Below, piece after piece: positions 12,960 through 25,793 of a stretch of DNA of 64,000 nucleotides. A program made the position numbers and the translations under genes. The notes beneath the pieces are model-generated. The model saw nothing but the letters and a program-made list of their open reading frames with translations. It searched no databases and was not told the origin of the DNA. Source of the DNA: Octopus bimaculoides (lineage: Eukaryota); contig NC_068983.1 in NCBI RefSeq assembly GCF_001194135.2, forward strand, positions 62,298,825 to 62,362,824, read 5' to 3'. Every line of letters starts with the position of its first letter. Position 1 is the first letter of the stretch.

Positions 12960-13990
12960 TATTGACGACCCGCACAAACAAAAATCTCCATCCTCTATTC
13001 TCCAAGATCCCTAAGAAAAACTTTTGACATTTGAGATGCGTTATCATTCAAACCTGAAGACAAGATCCGTGCAACTTAAATTTACATGTAATAATTTCTG
13101 TAGTATAATGATAATAACGGTTTCTTATTTATCACGACGCCGCCCAAAAGAAAGATCCGTTTGTTTTGTTTTTGAAACCAACCTGAGTTTTGATTTGTGG
13201 GAATGGAAAAAAAGTTTTGTGCACTATTCTTACTGCACACAATTTTATTGCATAACAAATTTTGTTATAACAAATGCTTACGAGATAAAATTGCTCTAAA
13301 TGTTTGAAGGAGTAAAATTAATAGAAAGCCTCAAAAAATCCATTTTTCATCACCAGTAACTAATCTGTCCAAAAACGGTGAGATACGTTCACAAGAGTAA
13401 AGATATGAGCAGATGTCTTCTCGTAATTTTCGGTTGGCTGTGTCAAATCATAGGGAGCCCATTTTCCGAGTTTGGGCATCTTTCCAAGCTGTTGAAGAAG
13501 GCAATAAACTGTTGATTGGCTTGAATTGAACTTGCTTGCCAATTCTCCAACTGACACAATATTATCCTTCTCAAGCTCTGACAAAAAGCTCATCATCAAA
13601 TTCAACAGGGCGTCCTATTCGTGGCCTCTCTCTTAGACTGAAATCACAAGTTTTGAACTTTATAAACCATCTTCTGCTACTTCTTTCGTTCAGCACTATT
13701 CTCCATAAACAACATGAATATTTCGGTTTACATCTGCTGCACTGTTTCCCTTTCTGAACGCATGAAGCATTATGTACCTTAAATGCTCCTTCGATACATC
13801 CATCTTTGAGGGGTTTATCTTAGTAATTAATTCAGTCAGATTATTCTGTAAAAAGAAGTTATATTACGCTAAAGGTTTCCAAATCCATATGAGCATCAAT
13901 CAATACCATTTGACATTTTAGAATACTGAAAAAAATTGAAAGAAATTACATATGTGATATTTCGAACATTATTTACGGAATGACCTCATA
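12960..13990 (-). mobile_element. Decayed, internally deleted mariner element
   Basis: KLGKWAPYDL (WVPHxL motif) and GDEKWIF (first catalytic D). TIR-like TTATTTACGGAATGACCTCATA at 13969-13990 resembles the TIR at 56302-56323. The left end is uncertain. Confidence 0.7.
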
Positions 13991-15373
13991 CATACATACA
14001 TACATACATACATACACGAGAATAATGTACAGCCATAGATGTTAGCTATCCTGCAGATGTGAAGGATTATTCCAGAGCCAACGGGAAGGAACTGCTTCAA
14101 ATCCTGCAGCATATCTGAACTGATTCACATTTATGCTAAAAATTATCGGTGCATTTGGTTGTGTTCTTAAATGTTTAAGCTAAGATTTTTAGGCGAAGAA
14201 AGAGAGGGGCTAACATGCACACTACAAAAACATCTGTTAGCGGAGCACTAATGATAGGCAAGACTTCGTTTTATTTAAAGTTGAACGTGTAACTTTTATT
14301 ATCGTTGTCATTCATATTCAAATCTGTTTCTTTCTTACAAATGAGCTTTCCTTATGGGGAGAATTCTTATAAATAACAAAGAATATATAGATATATGTGT
14401 ATGTCTTTTCCGTTCATGCACGCATATATACATGTACGGTAAATGCATGTATTTATTTGCATGCAAAGACTATATAAGCACAATGGACTGACATGTGAAT
14501 AGATTCAACGGGTGGAGGTGCAAAGTAACAATAATCTTTGTCCAAATAAATTGACTGCTGTAATGATTAGAAACTGAAGAGTTGCATATCATTAGATAAG
14601 GAAGATTACATTCAAAACACGTATGAAATAGCATTATTGTTGTTGTTATTTAGCACCACATCTGTTCTGAACAAGCAGAATTATGATTAAAAGCTTTGCA
14701 GCTGAAGCGACCATATCATCTTTTATTCAAACACGCTTTGTGTAGGTGTACGTTCCCCAAATGTCCCTGTTTCTAAGATTTGATTGCTAATACATCAGAT
14801 CGTGCGATTACGTTGATAATTTATTCTAATGGCTGTATTCTAGTGCATTTTCTAAAAAGAAAAGTTATTTCTTTTAAGAATACTGTTAGTGAACAACCAT
14901 AATCTGTTTGTAAGATTACTCTGCTTAATTTTCTATGTATATTCTTTGACAACATGTCACTTCAACTTGTCAGAAATGTAAATAAGTAGGGGCCAGATTG
15001 AACTTCACAAACAAGTTCGATGAATATTAACACAACTTCATTGGTGTTGATCAGCTGGTGCTAGTTCATGTTCTTAACCTTACAAAATGATTTATGTAGA
15101 TTACGAATTTTACGTTTCATGAATACTAACGAATGTATTATTGTATTTCTAAATTCGTGTTCGCCATTATCACGTTTCCAGATTCCATCACTCCAGAATC
15201 CCGGCTTAGACCTCTAAGTAAATTCTTATTAAGTAAGGAACAATATGTGTATGTTTGTGCTTATGTATGAGTGAGAGCGTGTTTAATTGTATTTTCTGCA
15301 GTTTAGAATACGTTTTGTTATCATGTGTTGCTTCGTAATATTGGGGCTTTACTAATCCCTGTGACGAAATCAA

Positions 15374-15438
<65 letters not shown>

Positions 15439-15439
15439 A

Positions 15440-17260
15440 ATGGTTTCTTTTATTTGCCACCAGGGCGAAGGATGAGGGGACAATGCAAAGACAGACATGA
15501 AGTGTTGGGATTTACATATAATGGAATGATAAATTAAAAAGTATATACGGTATACATTATAAGAAGTATATTAGAAGTATATGACACTAGAAAAAAAGGA
15601 GGAAAAAAGGATCGTGATGGGATCCCCTGATTCAAGAAGAGCTCTAGGGATAATCAGGGAACTCCACCATACAAGATCACCCTGAGTACCAAGGACGAGA
15701 GCCCACCTCTACTTCTTTCTTCCGACTCACAGGTCTACACTGAGAGTGGTACCATCCACTCTTGCCATTTTTGCAACTTTCACCCACCTTTCGATAAATT
15801 CACTCGAGGACAGCACCTTCCTTTCCACCCTCACTTTCCTTTCCACCCTCACTTTCCTTTCCACCCTCACTTTCCTTTTCAAGTCAAACTTGAAAACATC
15901 GATGAAGGCTTTAGTTCTCCCCGTTCTCAGCACAGCCATGCTAGACGGAGAAACAAAATGAGGAGGTTACTCATCTTGGCTTTCGAGAAGCCTGGAAGTT
16001 CCGGGCTTCTCTACTGGCGAAAAGTTTTTAAAAAGCCCCTCCAACAGCCTTTTATCAATAGATTTTTTTTTAATCCCCGCACTTCCTGTGAACTTTTCTA
16101 TCATAGTTTAATAAACGTCTGACGACGTCTTAATTAAGTGTCTGTCTTTGGGGGGTTTGAGGATGAAATCCTCAAGTTCCTTTCCCTCTGTCTCTATACT
16201 GTTTTTATTTTGATTTACAAAATCCATCAATTCACTGTTACACTTGTTCACAACAGGGAAATTGATGGATACATTTCGTCTACAGTCTGATGAATATTTT
16301 TGAAGTTCTGTCGTCGGTTGTTTCTCGGTTTCTTTAATTTCGTGCTGCTGTTGATAATGTTGCTGTTTTTGAAGTTATTGATCTTATTCATGCAGTTTTT
16401 GTGAATTGTGTTGCAGTTGTGGTTTCAGAATAAGTTTTTGTTGATTTCTTGGAGTAGGGCTGTGAGAAGGTGTAGGATTCTTGTGCACTTGTTTATGATT
16501 TAGCACTTGTGATATTTGTAATGTTGGCTGCGGTGAGATTTTGTTCAGGGCAGGAAACCTTTGAGTGTTTTACAGATCCACATTTATGGCATCTTAGCTT
16601 TCTACCCTCCACGAACACTGACAGGTGAGTGCCATCCGGGAGATCGATTAGATCGGGCAGCTGGTCTATATGGTCCTGCTTGTATGGCAAGATCAGTTCC
16701 ATACCTATACCTAACCAGTTTTGCTAAGGTAGTTTCTTGACCTCTAGTTTTGTGACTTCGTCTTCTTCTAAACCTGCCAAGACGGCCACCACTAACCAGG
16801 TAATGAATATTTCTGGCGGCACATTCAGTACCCTAATCTTGGCAAGACGTTGGCCGCGATAGCTGGGATTAAGAAAAAGTTTGCATTCTTCAAAGTGGTT
16901 TCGGAATTACATCTAGCTTCTTCCGTCCCAAATCTCACCTCAATAATTCCAAACTTCTTTCTTCAGGTGATGTGGGTCTTATGTTCCCACACGCACCCAA
17001 TGCATTTTTGTACTTCGATCTCGGGAGCATTTTCCACTCGCCGAGACTTAACTCTGATGCAACGGTATGTGACCGTTCATCTTGCGATATTTTCTATTAC
17101 ATCTGTTGAAGGATTTAGAGCTACCCTTCTCCTATCTCTTCTAACAATTTTTCTTGCAAATTTTAATTCTCTTCTCCCAGCAATTTCAAAAAATGCAGTT
17201 TGTCTAATGTTGATGCATGTTATTACTCTTGTTATTGCTTTTGTTGTTGGTTAACCCTAA
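15440..17260 (-). mobile_element. Tx1/L1-like non-LTR element: decayed gag-like ORF1 joined to the last ~70 codons of ORF2 and the 3' UTR
   Basis: ORF1 has the CCHC knuckle CHKCGSVKHSKVSC after SYRGQRLAKIRVLNVPPEI. The ORF2 end FKFDLKRKVRVERKV...FIERW matches 23549-23770. The 3' end is GGCAAATAAAAGAAACC plus (ATC)n at 15374-15438. Confidence 0.7.
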
Positions 17261-19026
17261 TTCAGCCTTATTTCATCAAAACTGATGTAAGGTAGTCCAG
17301 CTTTGGTTATTCCCACTCTTTTTCATTTCTATGTTTACGTCCTCCATTTTACTCTTTTTCTCTTTTTTTCATTATCATCATATTGCGTAAGAAGGACGCG
17401 GTTTAGGAATTAAAGCTACTGTTCTAATTATGATTAGTATCACACATATATTCTTTTTCCACATTCTTCAACGCCGTAACCACCGTTCCCTCTAATTTTT
17501 CTCAACCACTAATTAGAATTTTTGATGTATTGATCAAAAGTATTCTAAATTCAAAGTTAGTGCGTGGCATTTAAACTTCCATGCAACGCACATTTGTAAA
17601 TTAAGATAAACAGCAACATTTTGATGTGCGCAACAGCAGGTTGACTGCATATCTGTTCAGAGGTGCAGCTTAGTGGATACGTTACTTGTAATCTAAATTT
17701 TGAGTACTTACCATAAGTTCAATTTTTTAAAACTTATAGTGGATTCTAGGTATACCAAAGTCGCATATAAAATATTTGTTAAACGATTTGAATACCCTAC
17801 ATTCTACGACCTGGCCTGTAAGAATATAATAATCCTTTAAGGTCATTGCTATATTAATTTCCAAGACTTTATCATTTGATATCAGTCTCGCTTCACAGTA
17901 GCATAAAATGCAATTTCTCGACACACCTTTCAGCACACTTCGTCATTATGAAATTCAAGATTTTCTGGTCTTGCTTTTTACAGCAACTGATAAAGTGTAT
18001 CAAATTCTTTTCATTCTTCTTTGAAAGTTATCATTAGTCTTTTATATTATGTACAGTTTACATTAGTTGAACGGGTGTCCTCATCTTCATTGCTGTTTTA
18101 AATGCCTTTCCGCAGTTGTACGCTTCAGCCTTTTTCGGGTGTCATGTGACTCGTCTTAGTGTCTTGCTGAAATGTAGTGAAAGTAACAACCAAGATGAAG
18201 ACACAGCTCGACTAATGTAATTAGTGTACATAGTATAAATTTCTCATCTCACAAACATAGAATTTATTAGTCTTTCAGGTGACAGATACCTTCCATAACC
18301 GGTTTATACTGAATTAGCAGAACCCGTGAATATTGCACGGAATTAATAATAAATTTATGGGGTTCTTCCTGAAAATTTTATCCAAAAAGCCTGAAAGCGT
18401 AGCCTGTGTTGTGTCTGTATCAAAAGTGAAGGAAATTGGAATACGATGATTACTTAATGCACTTTATATATATACTCTATGCACAGCACTCATAAAATAA
18501 ATGTTAACTCCTATTTTTCGATTTTCCAATTTACATGGTCAATAACTTCATATCTAGGAAACAGAAATTTTATAGTAAAAAAAAAAATCATTTTATATAT
18601 AAAATATGTAAGATTTTCACGAGGGTAAAAATTTAATGCAACATGGCATACTCTGAAAGCCGCATCATAACTTATAAGCCAAGGCAATGGGTCAGAGCCA
18701 ATACACATTTTAATTTGCATATACCTTTCAATCGTTGATAATTTTAATTCTCACATGAGATAATTTGAAAGCCCTTGAGAATGACACATATAGCTGACCA
18801 TGGCCGAATATATGTTCAGGAAAGAACAGTCTCACTTTATCAAATGTGATTTATTGATAGTCATTGCATATGACAGGCAAATGGGAAACTGATTTCTTTC
18901 TAAAGTTGAATGGTTAAGTTTGTGATGAGCATGCGTTAAGCGATAAATGATATAAAAAACTTAGTTTAATTTTTTAAAAATACCATCGCCACCTCCGTCA
19001 CCGCCGACGCCATCACCACCACCACC

Positions 19027-19096
<70 letters not shown>

Positions 19097-19723
19097 CTTT
19101 AATCTCACCATCAGAACATCACACCCTGCTAAAATTATATTCCTGACACTCCTGTATATCACTACCCTCAACTAACTTTTTAAACTACGTAATAAATGTT
19201 ATGTTCCCCCTACCACATGTCATGCACGCTTCTCTCTCCATCTCTTTCTCTCTCTTCGCCTTATTTTCTTTTTCTCTCTCCTTTTTTTTTCTCTTGTTCT
19301 CTCTTTCCTTTCAACTAATCATGCGAAAGCGTTACAATTACGTTCCTATCTACCTCACGTCATGGACGCTTCTCTCTTCCTCTTTTTCTCTCTCCCTCTT
19401 TCCTTTCTCCCTCCTTTGCTCTAATCCCGTGAAAGTGTTATCGACGGACTAAGTAACGTAATGACAAGCAGAATTATTATAAGATGCTAGATTTTTAAGA
19501 GCTCGGTATCTCTCTTCAAATCTTATTTTTGCTGCCAGCTTCTTAAACTTTCTTTTTATCTCTCAAGCTGTCCATAAAAATTGATAATTTCATCCAATCT
19601 CTAATTTCTCTTCCAGCCGTGCCTTAATCCCATTCCTATCTAGATTGGCAGCAGGCACAATACATTGCAGATATTAGATATTTGAATAATGTGAAGTGAA
19701 ATTTCTTTTGTCATTAACTAAAC

Positions 19724-19855
19724 CAGGCATGGGCAACTTTTCCGAGAAACGAGACGCATAAGACATAGTTCATCATCATGCGAGCCGTACTATTAAAAAT
19801 ATTCAAGGTAATTTTTCTTCCAGAGAGTTCCGCGAGCCATAGTTTGCCCATGATG
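19724..19855. mobile_element. hAT (Charlie-like) MITE
   Basis: CAGGCATGGGCAAC ... TTTGCCCATGATG imperfect TIRs; flanks AACTAAAC / ATCTAAAC resemble an 8-bp TSD. Confidence 0.45.
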
Positions 19856-20129
19856 AATCTAAACGGTGCTTGATAATTATTAGATTCATTCCTCCACATT
19901 TTCCCAATTCATAGAAACAAATTAGGTTGGATCGTACATAAAACTCTCTATTGTTTAAGAATATTACGATGTACATCAATAGAATTAGTAGATACCGAAA
20001 AGTTACATAATGTCATGATATTCATAGAACATCTATTTAACTCACTCAGCTTTTGTCAAACAACACCTGCTAAACAACAGCAGCAAAAATAAATATATTA
20101 ATACAGTGCTGAAAAGTGAAGTGAGCAAC

Positions 20130-20830
20130 ATTGTCCAAGTTGGCAGTGAGCTCCTCAAGAAGCACTCTCTTCCTGATGATTTCCTATACAGTCCCAAAAC
20201 AGCTGGGCTCTCTTAGCTCAGAGAAAACCTTGGTGGAAAGCATTCAGCATACAAAAAAGTGATTATGCATGGGTATGTTGCCTGGAAGCTTGAAGAAGAT
20301 AGTAGAATTGACACGAATCGCAGCCTATCTTGGACACAAGACCACTACATCACATCATATTTTCAAGGCTATGCGATTGCAATCCAAGAACTGGAGATTG
20401 CCACAAAGTACCTGGTGAACAAGAGAGACAGTGACGCTCTGGTAATCCCAAGGTGCTACTGCATGTATTGGCTATGTCATGTTTCTGCGGAAGACATCAC
20501 GCATGTGATTAGCAGCTGTCCTAAAATATCGTCACGGTACTACCTCCCTATTTGGCACGATGTCGTTGCTAAAACAATTTACAATGCCATCAGCAAAAAA
20601 GCCTCTCCTGAAATAAACTTAGAAAATCCCTCTATTATAGAATACATTCATAAGCATCAACTGAAAGAATACTGGTGGAATATTCCCTTCAAAACTTTTG
20701 TCAAATGTAAACAACACAGGCCGCATATTGTTGTTTGGGACAGAGAGGCAAAGGTACGTACCATAATAGAGGTCCACTGCTCTGCAGATGTAAATATCTC
20801 TTTTGGATTTTCAGAAAGAGAAATCGACCG
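20130..20830 (+). mobile_element. R4/Dong-like fragment: post-RT region, zinc knuckle and RLE start
   Basis: GYAIAIQELEIATKYL...WLCHVSAEDITHVISSCPKI..YY..WHDVVAK...HRPHIVVWDREAK..IIEV. Confidence 0.75.
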
Positions 20831-22218
20831 GCTAATTCGTACATTACAAGTGAAATCTGTGAGTGGAACAGTAAAAATATGCAATACTTCTCTCAAGTCC
20901 CAAATGTGAATTTGTCTGTGTTAACTACATCCCAAATATAGAGCCTTGTATCATTGTTGGAAACCGGTTCCCTCCGCAGTGGAAGATTTCTAATAATTAA
21001 AAAATAGAAGAGACATACATACATGAATTCACACTCGCACATATATTTGTGCGCGAGTGCGTGTAAATAATGAGTTTAAATATAATTAGCGCATATTAAA
21101 TATTATGACAAATGTATTGATATTTTTTAAATCAGAGACACCAAAATAAAACGTTGACGAAATTTATATTAAAATCATCTTGAGACAAAATAGGTTCATC
21201 CTTATGAAATCTTCAGTTGGATAAAAAAAAAATCGATAATTCGTAGCTGGACAGCATAATTATTCACTATTTAAAATTTCCAAAAATTTTCTGAATTGAA
21301 GGAGATTCGATATTAGAAAACAAAGACTCCACTGTGCTTTGAATGTATTAATTCATATACGTTGCTGTCGTTGCGGAAAATCGTTGCTATGAGAAACATG
21401 ATCTCACATATTCTCAGCATGGAGCTGTAAATAACTGAATGAATGAATAACGTTTAGCTAATTTACAATTTCAATTTTTATGTAAATTTTAAATTATGAA
21501 TAATTTGGGTATCCAACTTCAATTATCGATTCATACCCACTGAAATTCCACATGAACCCAAGCAATGCAATTTCATGTTAGGTAATGATATTTAATATAT
21601 AGGAGTGCACAGCAACTCATTAGGTAGCGGTGCTAAGTCCTTCTTTCTGTAGCAATTAAACAAACGGGAAAAATGGATCTCAAATATACCAGATAAAGGA
21701 AATATGGAATACTTGTACAAATTACTTAACGGGACATCTAGATGCGTCGAAAACTATTCACCTCATTGTTTGCAGTTAAACTAAAGACATTCATTCGTAT
21801 AGCCACACGGTACATAATAATTATTGACATCATGAGTGGTTGTTATTTAAATAAATCAAGAAAGAAGAAAATTACGAATATGTCACTTTGTGGTCAAACA
21901 AGAGAGAATGAGTATTTTACTGAGATAATATATACATACACTTACAATACACAACTGGGTGGACGTGAGGTAAGTTGATATGATTTAATTAATGACAAGA
22001 GTTATATAAAAGAGAGCCGCACAGCTACCTAGGTAGTATAATTTCAGGTCATTTAAGCGAAATATTAAATTACACACACACCCTCACATGCGCGCGCGCA
22101 CATACACACACACATCAAGACGGCTGAGTCGACGTCATTTATCCACACTCTCATTGGTAACTATGATTAATCGCATGAAACCTATGGTATCGTACTATTG
22201 AATTCGTTACTAATCAGT

Positions 22219-22423
22219 ATGTCCATATATACGAGAGGGTTCTATACAGGAGGATCAGTTAATTATGATTTTATTCAACATATTCCCCTCTCAGACTCAC
22301 ACACCTATTGCAGCGGTCCTTCAGTTTTTCTAAGCCCTGTAAAAGAATTTGAAAAGTTGGGCCTCCAGCCAGGCCTTCCATCTTAACCTTAAAGCCAAGA
22401 ACTTTTCAGCACCACCTCGAATA
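22219..22423. mobile_element. Mariner-derived MITE, partial copy
   Basis: The interior is nearly the same as 39850-40017; the right TIR AAGCCAAGAACTTTTCAGCACC is intact. Confidence 0.65.
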
Positions 22424-22454
22424 TAAATGTATAAGTATTCATACTCTGTGTGTG

Positions 22455-22494
<40 letters not shown>

Positions 22495-22739
22495 ATTGCT
22501 CATATTGACTATTTGGGGTCAAAGGGGCACACAACATCAATTATATAGCATGTGTGGTTCACCTTGTCCACCACCACTAGGTTCAGCTAGTTGTGCTCTA
22601 ACATCTGTTCAGTTTGGATTGGGAAATTTTATAGAATTTTGCAGGCCTCCGACTCCGCCACTCTCTGCAGTTTGTATTCATACCACGTCTTACCTTTCTC
22701 TAGACCCACTTTTCACATAATTCCCTACGCAGGACTCTC

Positions 22740-22915
22740 GCTACCTCATCGTTTCACCACAACTTATAACGGTTTTGGACAAATCTACGGCATTTGTTCA
22801 CGATATGGGCAATAGTTCCGTCCACTCTATGACAGATTCGGCATAGTGGAAACAATTGCTCACTCCTCCAATTTGTAGCCAAAGATTGATCTTGCGGTGC
22901 TTGTATGTTACTCTC
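22740..22915 (-). mobile_element. R4/Dong-like zinc-knuckle fragment
   Basis: IQAPQDQSLATN...CRICHRVDGTIAHIVNKCRRFVQNRYKLW. Confidence 0.65.
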
Positions 22916-23247
22916 AATCTCTCTCTCTCTCTCTCTCACTCTCTTTTCTTTCCTTTTCAGTGCTCTATTCTAGATTTTCCAGAGACTTCAGTTGTGGCTA
23001 CATGGAACTGATTGTATAGCTTACTGTGCAGTATTTCTTCTTTTTTTTTTGTACTTCTTGTTTGTTTTCATATTAATGTTTCTCTGCTTTCAATACGTCC
23101 TCATCCTTAAATGTCACTGGTAAGGTTTCTTTACTTTGGGATAGGTATCTCATTCAGCACCCGAATTTCATATGAACGCTGCTTTCCTCATTTATTAGTG
23201 CCCTTCCTCCATTTTCTCTCTTCATTATTATCATTACTATTATTAAT

Positions 23248-23455
23248 GAGCTTCCAGAATCATTAGCACGCCGGGAAAAATGTTTAGCAGCATTTCGTCC
23301 GCTTTCGCGCTCTGAGTTCAAACTCCGGCGAGGTCGATATTGCCTTTCATCCGTTCAGGATCAATAAAAATAAGTACCAGTTGAACACTCGGGTCGATGA
23401 AAACGACTTAACCCCCTCCCCCAAATTTGCTAACCTTGTGCCAAAATTTGGAACC
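23248..23455 (+). mobile_element. tRNA-derived SINE with a Meta/Sauria-like central domain
   Basis: GAGTTCAAACTCC B-box-like head, GAGGTCGA..TTGCCTTTCATCC...GATCAATAAAATAAGTACCAG core; more copies at 25826-26028, 38290-38510, 45664-46458, 47062-47280 and 60060-60250. Confidence 0.75.
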
Positions 23456-23524
23456 ACGAGAGTGACAGAAACGTTAGCACGCCGGTAAAAATGCTTAGCA
23501 GCATTTCTTCCGGCTTTATGTTAA

Positions 23525-24014
23525 GGGCAGACAATTTTTATTTGTCTAGTGGCTGTAGCGAAAGAGGTAGTATGGTGGACCCCTTTGAAAGGGCTAAAGA
23601 CAGACACTTTCCTCTTTGGCCAAGCTCTCAGCAACGGTTTCAAGTTTCACTTGAAAAGGAGGTTGAGGGTGGACAGGGAAGTACTGCATTCTAGCAAGTT
23701 TGTTGAAAAGTGGATGAATGCTGGAAGAATCACCAGTGCGAAAGGACCATTTCTGAGCAATCACTTGTGAAAAGAGAAATTAAAGGGGAAGGGCACTTGC
23801 CCTGTTGATCAGGCACCCGTGAATTTTGAGGGTTTTTCTACGATGGCCTTAGAGCGTCTCCCCTATTGGGAGTTTTAATTTACCTAATTCGTTATTGTTA
23901 TATATATATCGCTTATACACTGTAAAATCCCTTGTATCGTCTTGTTTTTGCCGTTTATGTTGTCACATGTCATTTAATGTTGTTTTATGTGAGCCCTTGT
24001 GGCTAATAAAAGAA
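23525..24014 (+). mobile_element. 3' end of a Tx1/L1-like LINE (ORF2 C-terminus and 3' UTR)
   Basis: VAVAKEVVWWTPLKG...FKFHLKRRLRVDREVL..KFVEKW...*; ends GGCTAATAAAAGAA followed by (ATT)n-rich tract 24015-24140. Confidence 0.65.
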
Positions 24015-24310
24015 TTTATTATTATTTTTATTATCATTATTATTTTATTGTTGTTGTTGCTGTTATTGTTGTTGCTGATGTTATTATTATTATCATCATC
24101 ATCATCATCGTCATCATCATTATTATTATTATTATTATCATTGAGCGAATGAGAGAGCAGTTCATGCCATCAAAGTAACACTGGGGTAATATATATGAAG
24201 CCCAGCATTACCCATGTATGTATGTCATTATTCAGTTTTACTTCAAGATTTCTTGCCAAGAGCCGGTTTCTAACCTAGATCCTTAACTGAAATTTCTTAA
24301 ACATCAACAT

Positions 24311-24718
24311 AGGCGCAGGGGTGGCTGTGTGGTACGTAGCTTGCTTACCAACCACATGGTTCCGGGTTTAGTCCCACTGCGTGGCACCTTGGGCAAGTGT
24401 CTTCTACTATAGCCTCGGGCCGACCAAAGCCTTGTGAGTGGATTTGGTAGACGGAAACTGAAAGAAGCCCGTCGTATATATGTATATGTGTGTGTGTGTG
24501 TGTGTGTTTGTGTTTGTGTGTGTGTCTGTGTTTGTCTCCAACATCGCTTGACAACCGATGCTGGTGTGTTTACGTCCCCATAACTTAGTGGCTCGGCAAA
24601 AGAGACCATTACAATAAGTACTAGGCTTACAAACAATAAGTCCTGGGGTCGATTTGCTCGACTAAAGGCGGTGCTCCAGCATGGCCACAGTCAAATGACT
24701 GAAACAAGTAAAAGAGTA
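24311..24718 (+). mobile_element. Full-length CORE-type tRNA SINE (octopus OR/OK-like)
   Basis: GTGGCTGTGTGG head, CORE-like CACCTTGGGCAAGTGTCTT, internal (TG)n, tail GGCCACAGTCAAATGACTGAAACAAGTAAAAGAG; CpGs intact. Confidence 0.8.
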
Positions 24719-25793
24719 GGGTATTTTTGTATGTATGCATGTATGCATACGTGCAGATTTGTATATTTTGTTTTATGTATGTATTTTCATGCATATAGTT
24801 GCACATCTAGACATGCACATATATACTTAAATGGGAAACTTGTGGAAAGTTCTACAGATTTTTACAGTTCCAGTGATGGCGTGAATCTGCAATTTTCAAA
24901 TCAGCTTTCTCCTTTCTGGTTTTGAGAAGCCTAATTTCTCAAGATTGGTACTGTATGTATGTATGTATGTATGGATGGATGGATGGATGTATGCACGTAT
25001 GTATTTATGTATGCACACATGTATGTACACATGTACATATTATGTTACGTATGTAAATAGAGTGTTATTATGCATTCAAGTCTACATGGGAATGTGTATG
25101 TATACACGCTTATATGTATAAACGTATGCAAGTTTTAATGTAAGCTTGCACAAACCGATGCATTCACTTATGCATAAAATATGGATTTATATACATATCG
25201 ATGAAATGTTAGGGAGTAAGGTAATTAGATCAAAAAGCTAATGAGTGTACAGCTAAACAAAGAGAAGACATAATTAGCCATCAAAGAAGAATACACAAAT
25301 GATAGGATAATAAAATGATAAAAGCACTTGGAAGAAATGTTCCCAGTAGATGCCATTTATTCTCCACCAATCATTTTGCTTTATATATAAAGTGCAATAA
25401 TAGAAAGAAAACATCTATTTCATACACACAGCCACGCACAAGCACACAGACACACACTGAGGCATAATATGAAAATTACCTTAGTTTACTAACATAAATG
25501 AAAAACTTACACCTTGAAATTGAAAGTATCTAAAATGTAAAGTGAGCTGATCGCCATGAAGTATAATTTATCAGTTTGTTGACGAACTGGGGCTTCTTTT
25601 GTACAATTTATTTGTTTAACAAAGCAATTACCATTAGCATGATATCTCAAAGATAGATTTTTATTTGGCAGTGATATGTACAAAACAAACACACATGTAT
25701 ATGTCTGTGTGTGTGAGCGTGTGTGTTTGTGTGAGCGCGTGTGTGTGTATGTTTGAGCGTGTGTGTGTGTGCCTGTATGTATATAGATAAAGG

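Noticed and set aside
17700-18170. ORF 17727-17936, a CGKAFK zinc-finger-like hexapeptide (~18097-18114) and a donor at 17711
   Set aside because: No C2H2 spacing (second Cys and His pair absent), frames are interrupted by stops, and no consistent exon can be built.
18305-18335. AACCCGTGAATATTGCACGG hairpin resembling a Helitron 5' end
   Set aside because: No matching 3' hairpin plus CTRR end identified; too short to call.
24311-24400. tRNA genes (A/B-box-like sequences here and at 23248, 50520-50601 etc.)
   Set aside because: These are tRNA-derived SINE heads that run into SINE bodies and do not form a cloverleaf.
25507-25692. Exon-like segment ending at GT|GTAAGT
   Set aside because: The peptide is unrecognisable and I found no partner exons; insufficient support for a second gene in the left half.
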